From Octopus bimaculoides (taxonomy: Eukaryota), in contig NC_068991.1 of NCBI RefSeq assembly GCF_001194135.2, positions 10,893,417 to 10,947,205 of the forward strand: a DNA stretch of 53,789 nucleotides, in the 5' to 3' direction. Position 1 is the first letter of the stretch, and each line of letters opens with the position of its first letter. This document shows, in pieces, positions 12,970 through 24,873 of this stretch. A model generated the notes under the pieces. That model worked only from the letters and a program-made list of their open reading frames with translations. It was not told the origin of the DNA and did not search any database. The translations under genes and the position numbers were made by a program.

Positions 12970-13147
12970 GTGATATTTGTTCTGCCACTTTTCTTTACAT
13001 TCTTAGTTCAAATCCAGTTGCGATCAACTTTGCTGTTCATCGTTCCGAGGGCCTTAAAGTAAAGTACCAGTCATGTACTGAGGTCAATGTAATTGACTAT
13101 CCCATCCTCTTGAAATTGCTGGCCTTGTGCTAAAATTTGAAACAATT
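12970..13147 (+). mobile_element. Family C SINE, decayed
   Basis: AGTTCAAATCC...AAAGTACCAGT...GTAATTGAC...GAAATTGCTGGCCTTGTGCTAAAATTTGAAAC. Confidence 0.7.
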
Positions 13148-13184
13148 ATGAGGAATTGGATAAAATGCTTAGCGATATTTCTTC

Positions 13185-13282
13185 TAACTCTTTGTTTAAC
13201 GTCTGATTTCCATGCTGGCATGGGTTGGACAGTCTTGACGGGAGCTGATAAGGCCAGAGGACAACACCAGGTTCCAGTTGTT
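13185..13282 (-). mobile_element. Family B retroposon 3' fragment
   Basis: TTTAACGTCTGATTTCCATGCTGGCATGGGTTGGACAG...CACCAGGTTCCAG. Confidence 0.65.
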
Positions 13283-13287
13283 CATTT

Positions 13288-13646
13288 TATTCTTTTACTT
13301 GTTTCAGTCATTTGACTGCAGCCATGCTGGTACACAGCCTTGAAGGGTTTTAGTCGAAGAAATCGACCCCCGGGACTTATTCTTTGTAAGCCCAGTACTT
13401 ATTCTATCGGTCTCTTTTGCCGAACCGCGAAGTTACAGGGACATAAACACACCAGTGTTGGTTTCAAGCGATGAAGGACGGATGGACACACACACACACA
13501 CATATATGATGGGCTTCTTTCAGTTTCCATCTTACAAATCCATTCATAGGCTTTGGTCAGCCTGAGGCTATAGTGGAAGACACTTGCCCAAGGTGTTATA
13601 CATTGGGACTGAACCCAGAACCATGTGGTTGGGAAGCAAAGTTCTC
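13288..13646 (-). mobile_element. Family A SINE, near full length, inverted relative to 12001-12380
   Basis: Reverse complement of the family A tail, body and head (...GACACTTGCCCAAGGTG...CCATGTGGTTGGGAAGC). Confidence 0.85.
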
Positions 13647-14104
13647 AAGGTGTCTAAAACAGACAACTGGAACCTGGTGCAGCCCTCCCACCTGTCAAAT
13701 TGTCCAACCCATATTTTCCAGTGAAATTCTATTGGCCTGTCAGGTGCATCCAGAAGTTCTTAACATGTGTGGAAAAAAGTCTGAGGAAGCAAAAAAGACA
13801 GGGTAGTCATGGCTGGAATAGTTTTCATTCATAGGTGTGCCAGATCAACACTGTAATGCGACCTAAACAATAACACCAGGGCTGCTGATTGGCAACTCTG
13901 TACTCTGGTGGTCCCTAGCTTGGTGGACTTAGTCAATTGAGAGTTGAATGTCTTGGATACCAATGATTCACCATTGGTGACAGCACATGAACCTCTGATC
14001 CAGTTCCTTGAACACTTGGTCATCAACTATAACCCGAACATACGGTGCTTCAGCATGGCCATGGCTGAAACCAAAAAAAAGGATGAGGCTTCACATGCAT
14101 ACAT

Positions 14105-14245
14105 ACATCATCATCTATCATCATTGTCATACACCATCCTAGTGACCACGTTTCCATGCTTGCGTGGGTCAGACAGAGTTTTTATTGCGGTGAATTTTCA
14201 GTGGCCAGATGCTCTTCCTGTTGCCAACCCTCGCCTGTGCCTGTT
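14105..14245 (-). mobile_element. Family B retroposon fragment
   Basis: (CAT)-rich start, TTTCCATGCTTGCGTGGGTCAGAC...CCAGATGCTCTTCCTGTTGCCAACCC. Confidence 0.6.
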
Positions 14246-14393
14246 GATAGTTACTTATATTGATATCCAAGCGATTTCTGTAGAAAGTTACCACAGTTGT
14301 ATGCCCTTGTGAACTTGTATCAAATCATGTTGACAAACAATTATTTAATGAAAATGTGTGTATGTGTGGGCACACCTACATACATACACAGAC

Positions 14394-14431
<38 letters not shown>

Positions 14432-14524
14432 NNNNNNNNNNNNNNNNNNNNNNNNNNNNNNNNNNNNNNNNNNNNNNNNNNNNNNNNNNNNNNNNNNNNN
14501 NNNNNNNNNNNNNNNNNNNNNNAT

Positions 14525-14700
14525 ATCATCATAATCATCATTTAACGTCCGCTTTCCATGCTGGCATGGGTTAGACGGTTTGACAGTAACTGGTAAGCTG
14601 GAGAGCTGCACCAGGTTCCAATCTGATTTGGCATAATTTCTATGGCTGGATGCCCTTCCTAATGCCAACCACTCTGAGAGCGTAATGGGTGCTTTTTAAC
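14525..14700 (-). mobile_element. Family B retroposon
   Basis: CATCATTTAACGTCCGCTTTCCATGCTGGCATGGGTTAGACGG...GGCTGGATGCCCTTCCTAATGCCAACC...GGGTGCTTTT. Confidence 0.75.
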
Positions 14701-14754
14701 ACACACACTCACACAGACACATCTTATATATGTGTAAATATATGTATATCTTCT

Positions 14755-14940
14755 ATCTTTCATTTGTTTCAGTCAGTTGACTGTGGCCATGCTGGGGCAC
14801 CACCTTGAAGGATTTTAATCGAACAAATCTAGCCCAGTACTTATTTTATCAATTTCTTTTGCTGAACAACTAAGTTACACAGATGCAAACAAACCAACAG
14901 AAGTTGTTAGGTGCTGGTTGGGGAGACCTACAGACACAAA
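14755..14940 (-). mobile_element. Family A SINE, 3' half
   Basis: GTTTCAGTCAGTTGACTGTGGCCATGCTGGGGCACCACC...CCCAGTACTTATT matches family A. Confidence 0.7.
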
Positions 14941-14954
14941 GACATGTATATGCA

Positions 14955-15003
<49 letters not shown>

Positions 15004-15076
15004 CTCTCTACATACATGCTTACTCTTCTATGTACACATTGATATGCTATGCCCACACATGGTCAACTACATAATA

Positions 15077-15117
<41 letters not shown>

Positions 15118-15127
15118 NNNNNNNNNN

Positions 15128-15160
<33 letters not shown>

Positions 15161-15309
15161 ACATTAATATTGCAACTAAATGGACAATACATGCATGTAT
15201 GTATATATATGTGTTGTGTGTGTACTTTAGATATAGTACACAACGTGCAGCACATACAAACACACAGTATACGCTTAGCAACTAAATGGACTATATACAG
15301 ATACAGACA

Positions 15310-15349
<40 letters not shown>

Positions 15350-15484
15350 CATATATATTTACATATATAACACATGTGTCTTGTATTCAATATGTTTAAC
15401 GATTCCTTCAGCACCTCACACTAAATATATGCAATACAAGTCCCAAACTTAATCATCATTATAGTGGCGGTGGTAGGGGTGGTT

Positions 15485-15519
<35 letters not shown>

Positions 15520-15835
15520 GATAATGATGATGATGGTAATAGTAGATATATGTATGTATGTATAGGTATCCACATGCACACTCATCATAAGAAAGTAACC
15601 TTGTAGCCTGTATGTGGTTGCTTGACATGCTAGAAATAACAGCCTAATCTTTCTCATGTCAGACACTGCCATCTTTAAACAGGCTGAGTACACTAGATAA
15701 TGCAATTCAACATTGAGGAGGAAAACGGCAGGATGGTCACGGCTGGAATACTGCCTTTGATCAAAGGTGTCTGCTTGATCAGCGCCAACTTGATGCTAAA
15801 CGACACCGTTTCTTCGTCATGCTGCATTGCCACAT

Positions 15836-16411
15836 GTCGGACTACTACATACATCGCATAATGTATACATACATACATACCATCACATATACATACATGC
15901 ATTAAATGGACAACAAATACACATAGGCACACACTTAAATATGCTTATTATAATATCAGATGATGCTCTCAGTTGTTTGTGATGCCTCTGTATAATGTTA
16001 TCAGGTGGTTATTGTTATCTAAAAGGCACTGCCCTCAAGCAATAAACACTGAGCATCTTCCACTGTGTGTGGGTGTGTATGTATATATATATATATATAT
16101 ATACATATACATGCATGCATTCATTATATACCACAGGATGCTACGTATCACAAGAGAGTAGATCGACAGTCGGACTACTACATACATCATGTAATAGACA
16201 GATAGATACATATATAGGATATTGAATGGCCAACTATATCCACACACATACACACACACAGATTTACTGTTGGAAATGCTTATTATAATATCAGATAATG
16301 TTATCAAACACTTGCTTGTTGCTCCTCTGCTTAATGTTATCAGGCAGTGGTTGCCACTTAAAAGGCTCTGTCCAGAGCAATACCACTAGGCATCTTCCAC
16401 TGCATGTGTGC

Positions 16412-16456
<45 letters not shown>

Positions 16457-16466
16457 NNNNNNNNNN

Positions 16467-16499
<33 letters not shown>

Positions 16500-16680
16500 C
16501 ATACAAACATATTTATGCATATATACATATGTATATATATCTATATACCTATGTATACTACAGGATGGTTCTTATATCACAACAAAGTGGATCGATGCGC
16601 GTCGGACTACTATATATTCCTTGTAATATATACACGTACATATCCACTAAATGGACATTGCACGCTCTTCTAAATGCATA
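15836..16680. repeat. Tandem duplication with a 333-432 bp unit, about 2.3 copies
   Basis: Anchor GTCGGACTACTA at 15836, 16169 and 16601. Shared ATGCTTATTATAATATCAGAT, TAATGTTATCAGG, TAAAAGGC, GCATCTTCCACTG and ACAGGATG. Confidence 0.8.
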
Positions 16681-16875
16681 CACACACACATACACACATG
16701 GGCATATACACATATATAGAGACAGCTAAGTGTATAGCAGTCTACTACTAAAGCATACTACACAACCACTGCTAAACTACTTTCACCAATCAGAACACAT
16801 GAAAGGAACTGTAGTGGCATTGCAAGAAACCCCCCAAATCACCATAGATACAGGACAGAAATACTGCAGTAACAC

Positions 16876-16913
<38 letters not shown>

Positions 16914-17559
16914 TAAATAGGTTGCATACACAGTGGGCACACACATGCAATAAGAGGCTTGAACATACACATATTTGTGTGTATGTATGCATGTATCATG
17001 TTTGTGTAGATATTGGTCAGATGTCTGCTCATACATCTATCTATCCTATCTATCTATCTATCTACCTATCTATCTATCTATCTATCTATCTAATATACAC
17101 TCAAGCACACATACATACATACATACATATACATATATGTGTGTGTGTGTACATATTGATTAGGTACGCCTATAAGTATTCAAACACAAAACCACATAGA
17201 CATACAACATGTGTTTGCAGTTACACATAGGCATGCACACTAAACCGGTTCCAGAGACCAACATGCTATAAATAAGACATATCATGTGCATGAAACTACA
17301 GACAATATATGAGAGTGTAGACATATAACAGTTTTATTCTTACTTGGCTACTATAAAGATTAGAAACACATACATATATATGCATATATACATACATATG
17401 CATTCATAGTACTGTGTATGTATTTGTATGCATCTGTATAGGATGTAAGATGTGTATGTGTATTTTAAAATATATGTGTATGTGAATATTTGCATGTGTA
17501 TATATATGTACTTGTATGCATCCATACAAAATATGTGTGTGTATGTTTTTCTTTTTACT

Positions 17560-17813
17560 TTTTACAGTTATTAGACTGCTGCCATGCTGGGGTATATAAA
17601 ACATGTCTGTGTGATTGTTTACATACATACACACACACACACACACACATATAATGGGCTTCTTTCAGTTTCTGTCTACCAAATCCACTCACAAGGCTTT
17701 GGTCGGCCGGAGGCTATAGTAGAAGACACTTGCCCAAGGTGCCATGCAGTGGGACTGAACCTGGAACCATGTAGTTGGGAAGCAAGCTTTTTCCCACATA
17801 GCCACTCCTGTGC
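17560..17813 (-). mobile_element. Family A SINE with internal deletion
   Basis: GGGCTTCTTTCAGTTTCTGTCTACCAAATCCACTCACAAGGCTTTGGTCGGCCGGAGGCTATAGTAGAAGACACTTGCCCAAGGTGCC. Confidence 0.8.
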
Positions 17814-18305
17814 CTANNNNNNNNNNNNNNNNNNNNNNNNNNNNNNNNNNNNNNNNNNNNNNNNNNNNNNNNNNNNNNNNNNNNNNNNNNNNNNNNNNNN
17901 NNNNNNNNNNNNNNNNNNNNNNNNNNNNNNNNNNNNNNNNNNNNNNNNNNNNNNNNNNNNNNNNNNNNNNNNNNNNNNNNNNNNNNNNNNNNNNNNNNNN
18001 NNNNNNNNNNNNNNNNNNNNNNNNNNNNNNNNNNNNNNNNNNNNNNNNNNNNNNNNNNNNNNNNNNNNNNNNNNNNNNNNNNNNNNNNNNNNNNNNNNNN
18101 NNNNNNNNNNNNNNNNNNNNNNNNNNNNNNNNNNNNNNNNNNNNNNNNNNNNNNNNNNNNNNNNNNNNNNNNNNNNNNNNNNNNNNNNNNNNNNNNNNNN
18201 NNNNNNNNNNNNNNNNNNNNNNNNNNNNNNNNNNNNNNNNNNNNNNNNNNNNNNNNNNNNNNNNNNNNNNNNNNNNNNNNNNNNNNNNNNNNNNNNNNNN
18301 NNNNN

Positions 18306-18339
<34 letters not shown>

Positions 18340-19184
18340 GTATGTGTGTGTGTATAATAGGCTACTGCTGAAGCCATGTATTTCTGGGGTTATTTTTGAC
18401 AGACCTCCATGCATGCATATGCACATACATACAATATGTGTAAATTGTATGTATACACATGCACAGATATATTATACACACCACATTAGTATATAACCAC
18501 ATGTGCACATACATACAGCTACTTTGTTGATGGCATGTATAACATCCATTTCTGAACTAGTGTCTATATACACATACATTACTGCTGTATAAACTATGCA
18601 CACCACCACATGGCTATATACACTCTGTATATACGATGTACACTATTGTCAATATATAGGCAAGCCAGACTATGAAGACAACATCTATGTATACACACCA
18701 CATGGCTCTTCAGTCTAAATATATACATTTCCATATTGGTGTGTAGATATGTACCACACACTGCCATCTTGGAAATGTATATACACACCACAATTCTTTA
18801 CAGATACTATATATATCTTCTACACTGTTTTCTAGATTATATATATATATCTGTATATAGACATGCATTCACAGCAATATGATGTACAGATAATATATAG
18901 TCAAAAAAAAGAAAAAAATTATTTATACACAGTGTATACATATAACATTGTTTTATAAATGCGATATACATACAGTATGCACACACACACACATTTATAT
19001 CTATACACAGACACATATATACGACTTAGCTTATGTTAAGTCACTTATATACACGCATCAAACTGTTTGAATGTATACGTACCTTAAGCTACTATTATTA
19101 TTGTAGGTGTGTATTTGTGTGTGTATATATGTATATATATATATGTAAATGTACCTTATAAACGGTGATGTGTACTTGTATCCA

Positions 19185-19269
<85 letters not shown>

Positions 19270-21281
19270 TGTGTGTGTAGGTGGGGGGTGATATATATTC
19301 ATTCTGTGTGTGTTTATATATATATGTATATAGATAGATATAAATAATTAAATCTTGCTATGAATACGATGTTATATATATATATTCTTGGTATACGAAT
19401 GTTGATGACAATAATAATACTGGATATTATAAATGTGCATACATCAAACTGCTAGAGTGTCACTAACACACACACAACACCTACACACACGCATGAAAGC
19501 CATGGGATAAAAATATTTATAGAACCGAACACTATCGGTTAAAATTATACACATGGCAGAACTACTACAAGTCCCATACGCACATTACTTTTACTGTACA
19601 CAATAGTAGAATCAATGTATGCACGGCAGACTACTACGGTGTATACAATCACATACACATACAACACCATATAACTACTATTAATAATTACATGTATGTA
19701 GTAGACGACATACATACACAACCACTCATATATAATTACGATATAGTATCATATATATACACCCAAAGGCATACATGTATTGTGAACTACTTCTACATTT
19801 TCATGCATACATACATATATACATTATATACGTACATGCGTATATACAGACCTGTATTCTTGCCTACATACATCTGTACATACGTATATTTATGCATGCA
19901 TACATTTGTTTGAGACTAGTAATGACAGGTACTTGTACTACAGTAACAAACTGTGAGTGTATGTATATATATATATATATTTACATGTGTGTGCATGCAT
20001 ATGTGAGTATGTGTGTGTTGACAATATAGTAGTTTATCGTGTATGCATGTGTTGACTGTGTATTTAATGTAGCAGTATGTCGTGTTTATGTATACATGCT
20101 AACGATGTATAAGTGTGTGTGTATGTATGTATGTATATTATATAGATACATCAATATGTTTGTTGACATGCGAACGTATTTCTGTATGTCTGTGTATATA
20201 TGTGTGTTTCAATGAATGAGTGTATGTATGTATACAATACATTCATATGTATACATACATACATACATACATCAATGTATACATATATATAGCCAACTGT
20301 TATATATTCATATGTATTTATACATACATACATACATCAATATATACATACATATAGCTAACTGTTACATATGCAAACACGATTATCACTAAACGCACAC
20401 ATGGCACGCCTACGTAGTCAACACATACACACCTCATATCACACACTGCAATGAAATTTACATACATACATATATACACACACTCGATATACTTAGCTTA
20501 TTAATTATCAACGTTGACATGTACATACAACTATATAATTTAGGATAAATACATAGCACTGTGTAATCAACACACACACGTATATGAATTTATATAAACA
20601 TACTTCCATAACATACGCATACGCAACATTCTACTTAACATATTCACGCGCACGCAATACTACATAACATATACGTACACATGACATTCTACACAATCAC
20701 TATATAAGTACATTTAAATAGTAGTAACTATGTATATACACGCGGCATACTACTATAAAAATCAACACACATGTCTTAAACATACACATGTATACACAAC
20801 GTGCTACTATGCAATTAACATACACCTACGTATATATATTGTCAACACATAGATACACGACAGCTACTTAATCAATATACACGCTTGTATATGGTTACAT
20901 ACACATGCGTGTATATGGTTAGTACATTTACTGTACGACATACTATACTATATAATTAACACGCACGATTATAAATATATATATATATATATACGCACCG
21001 TACTTCTCTTAGTATAGTGTGTGTGTGTATATATTTATATATGTCTACATTCTCGACATAGCTATATAATCAATACGCAGGCACTCCTACATGGTTACCA
21101 CGCACACATATATATACGCAAAATATTGCTATATAATTAACACACATACAGTCAACTCATGCATACACGATGTACAATACTATATTGTCAACGCACATGC
21201 ATATACACATACACACACACACACATGTACTTATAGATTCACACGATTGATTGTAGTACAAACATTTGTCATTACTGGTAT

Positions 21282-21336
<55 letters not shown>

Positions 21337-21359
21337 GTCAGGACAACTACTAAACACAC

Positions 21360-21800
21360 ATACGCTACAACCTGCTGTATAGTAAATATATACACTCACA
21401 TGCTAGCAATCTGCTATACATACATACACATACATATGCAGTAAGTCTTATAGAATATATTAACATATACACACAGCAGTTTTTGTAGCGAAAATACATG
21501 TGCAGCAAAACTGCTACATACAAATACACACAAATGCACAGCAGTCGGCTATATAGTAAATATACACACACATGCACAGTTTGTCTAGTGTACAGTCAAA
21601 ACACACGTAGTCAGAAGCAGGCAGTCTGTTATATAGACAAAACATAGTCACACGTAGCACGTCTGTTGTATAGTCATAACATACATACACACTCACACAT
21701 GTACATCAGCCTATGCCTGTTGTATAGTCAAAATACACGACTGCCCCGCCCTCACTCATACATTGTACAGCAGTCGGCTCCATAGTCAATACACACACAC
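21360..21800. repeat. Degenerate ~45-60 bp tandem repeat with (CA)-variable linkers, inside a 19.4-24.5 kb low-complexity field
   Basis: Core CAGCAGTC(G/T)G(C/T)T(A/G)TATAGT(C/A)AAAATACAC recurs at about 21540, 21620, 21660, 21716 and 21769, with outliers near 22350, 22810 and 23660. Confidence 0.65.
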
Positions 21801-22022
21801 ACACACACACACGAAAAAAAAAACGTGCGCACTGCTATATGGTCAGAGCACTTTTCTCTCCCTGTCTCTTCTTTCTCTCTGTAACTGTCTGTCTGTCTAT
21901 TTCTCCACTTCTCTCTCTCTCTCTCTACGTGTCTCTATGTACATGTCTCTTTCTAGCTCTATTTCCCAGTCTGTCTCTCTATTTCTCTGTCGAGCTACAC
22001 ACACACACACACACGTACACAT

Positions 22023-22056
<34 letters not shown>

Positions 22057-22762
22057 CCATCTATTTCTATCTGTCAATCTGTCTCTCATATACACATATA
22101 AACGCACTATATACACGACAGCTACTTAATCAATATACACGCTTGTATATGGTTACATACACATGCGTGTATATGGTTAGTACATTTACTGTACGACATA
22201 CTATACTATATAATTAACACGCACGATTATAAATATATATATATATATATATACGCACCGTAAGATCGCTACACACTCAAAACAGGTGCGCTTGGCGGCA
22301 CCACCACCACCACCACCATTACTACTATTACTACTACTACTACTACTACTATGACAGAGCTATATAGTAAAAAAAAACACACACACACACACACGCACGA
22401 TACATTAGAGTCTGCTACAAAGCTCTAAAGCCTCCATGCATATATACATTCATGCGTACATGTCACTCTGCCATCTACATATGCACACTCGGTCACCTCA
22501 GATGGCTGACTGCTATTTAGTATAAAGCGCACACTCACATGCAACCGTACATCATATATACATGCATACACGTTGCCGACTGCAATGTAGTTGAACACAC
22601 ACACACACACACTATATTGCATCGTTATATTATCAATTCAAACACACACACACACGTAATATATACATATATACATACGTAAACACATACATTGTATGTC
22701 ACTATATACCTACACCAACCGCTCGTGTGTGCATGTATATAAACATGCGTGATTTCTGTGGC

Positions 22763-22808
<46 letters not shown>

Positions 22809-23084
22809 ACAGAGTGGTTATATAGTAAAAATGCGTACATATGTCATTTTGCGATTTTATTATGCACACTTGCTCGTTCGTAGCGCACACATTCGTCACG
22901 ATTCAAAATATACACGTCACATTGCCATGTAGTCAAAACAAACGTATACACACATGTAGTAAACTGCTGCATGGCTGCAATTTATGCATAGCGGAGTGCT
23001 CCAAACACCCCACTCGCCACAAACCACACACACACACACACACACACACAAGCAAACAACATACACACATAGTACTACTGTTTT

Positions 23085-23119
<35 letters not shown>

Positions 23120-23164
23120 CACAGACATTGCGGACTGCTATGTAAGCCAAACAGTCGCATGTTG

Positions 23165-23352
23165 GATTAGTGTTTAACATAGCATTTAAATCTCCCTTCG
23201 GTTCCACCTTTGCTATATTAAAAAAACGAAGGAAAGTGACATTGGGAAATGCAGTAGTCTTAAATATACGGAAAGATGGGATGGTCCCGGCTGGAACTAA
23301 TTTGGTCATGGGTTTACTCTGTCAGGGCTGACCCTTGGTTCATCAACCACAA
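23165..23352 (+). mobile_element. Family D short retroposon with (CAA)n-like tail; representative of about 20 copies or fragments
   Basis: Shared motifs (CTAGAAATAGCAGC)CAAATCTCCC...GGGATGGTC(A/C)CGGCTGGAA...CAGGGCTGACC...AACAAC. Other + copies lie near 1483-1640, 6200-6406, 9330-9430, 15715-15800, 29480-29580, 30625-30835, 34370-34530 and 50860-50910. Confidence 0.7.
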
Positions 23353-24455
23353 CACGCTCCCACACACACACATATATATATATATATATACATACATACA
23401 TTATATATTTACATGTGTGTGTGTGTGTTTATATGTATGTATGTATGTATGCATGTATGTATGTATGCATGTATGTATGCATGTGTTTATATGTATGTAT
23501 TGTGTGTATGTGTGTTTATATGTATGTATGTATTGTGTGTATGTGTGTTTATAAGTATGTATTGTGTGTATGTATGTATGTATGTAGTGTGTGTGTGTGT
23601 GTGTGTGTGTACGACAGACACTGATACAATCAGCTCCTACATACACGCGTAACAGTGGACTGCTTACACAGTCAAAATACATAAACATGCGCGACTGCTA
23701 TATCGCGCGCGCGCGCAGTGTGTGTGTATGTGTGTGTGTAGCACGCACTTTGTGTAGTTTGAACTGTTATTACAAAGAGCATACATTCAAATACACACAC
23801 ACACACACACACACTCATTTTGATAAAGTGCATTTAGCCATATTCACGTTGGCATACAGTGAACCGTTATTTTCGAGCCACTATAGACATTTTTCACTAT
23901 ACATACATACATGCATACATGCAGCACACGTGTGTGTGTGTGTGTGTATTTTAACTGCTCTTTTAAGACTGCCTTTCGAAGACAAACATTTGAACACACA
24001 TTAAACTGCTCTATTACAGATTTCTCTGTTGGCACACATATGCATGCATATAAACACAAGCGCACACAGAATAAACTGCAGATTAGAAGGTGCATCTGGA
24101 AACATACATGTTAATGCATACCGCAGCTACTATAGAGCCACTGTAGACATCTTAGTTGTTTTCACGAATATACATACATATACACACACAAACACATATG
24201 CATATATACGCATGCATACAAAACGTATTAACGCACCTGCTACTAATAGCACCACACCTGACATTTCAACATCTATTTATATACATACGTTTATTTACAC
24301 ACGCACACACAGACATATATATTCATATATACACTATACACATGCATGTTAACCGAGGTAAACCTCTATTGACATCTTAATATCTCATAACAACGACAGT
24401 GTTGCATGCAGCCTTATTAGTTGAAGTAGTAGTAGTAGTAGCAGCAGCAATAACA

Positions 24456-24492
<37 letters not shown>

Positions 24493-24819
24493 CACCACAC
24501 ACGCATATTGCACGAAAATATGAGCATGTCCTCTCTTGTACTACTGTAGTGTAAGCTGTGTTATATACATATACATATGTACGGACACATACATGTGTGT
24601 ACACGCTATGGTTGATACAACAAGATAACTCAGGGGAGCCTTCTGTATCTGCATGGAATAGTGCAGTGTCAAAAAAGTAAATAAAAAAAAACAGTCATTT
24701 CACTCCATCCCATCTTTCTTTTCCCCACCTCCTCCCACCTTCATTATGCAACTCACCCACTGTATGTGTTGTGTGTGTATGTACCCTCCCTGTATTCTCT
24801 CTGACAATCTTTTCATTAG

Positions 24820-24873
24820 GAAACTCCGCTGTCGAGCCTACATTTATGTGCAGTAGTGTACATACAGTTCAAG
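24820..24873 (+). other. Candidate 54-nt internal exon, unidentified product
   Basis: Pyrimidine tract with CTGAC and ...CTTTTCATTAG|G acceptor, AAG|GTATGG donor, and length divisible by 3. Two frames are open: phase 1-1 (x)NSAVEPTFMCSSVHTVQ(x) and phase 0 ETPLSSLHLCAVVYIQFK. No homology recognised. Confidence 0.3.
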
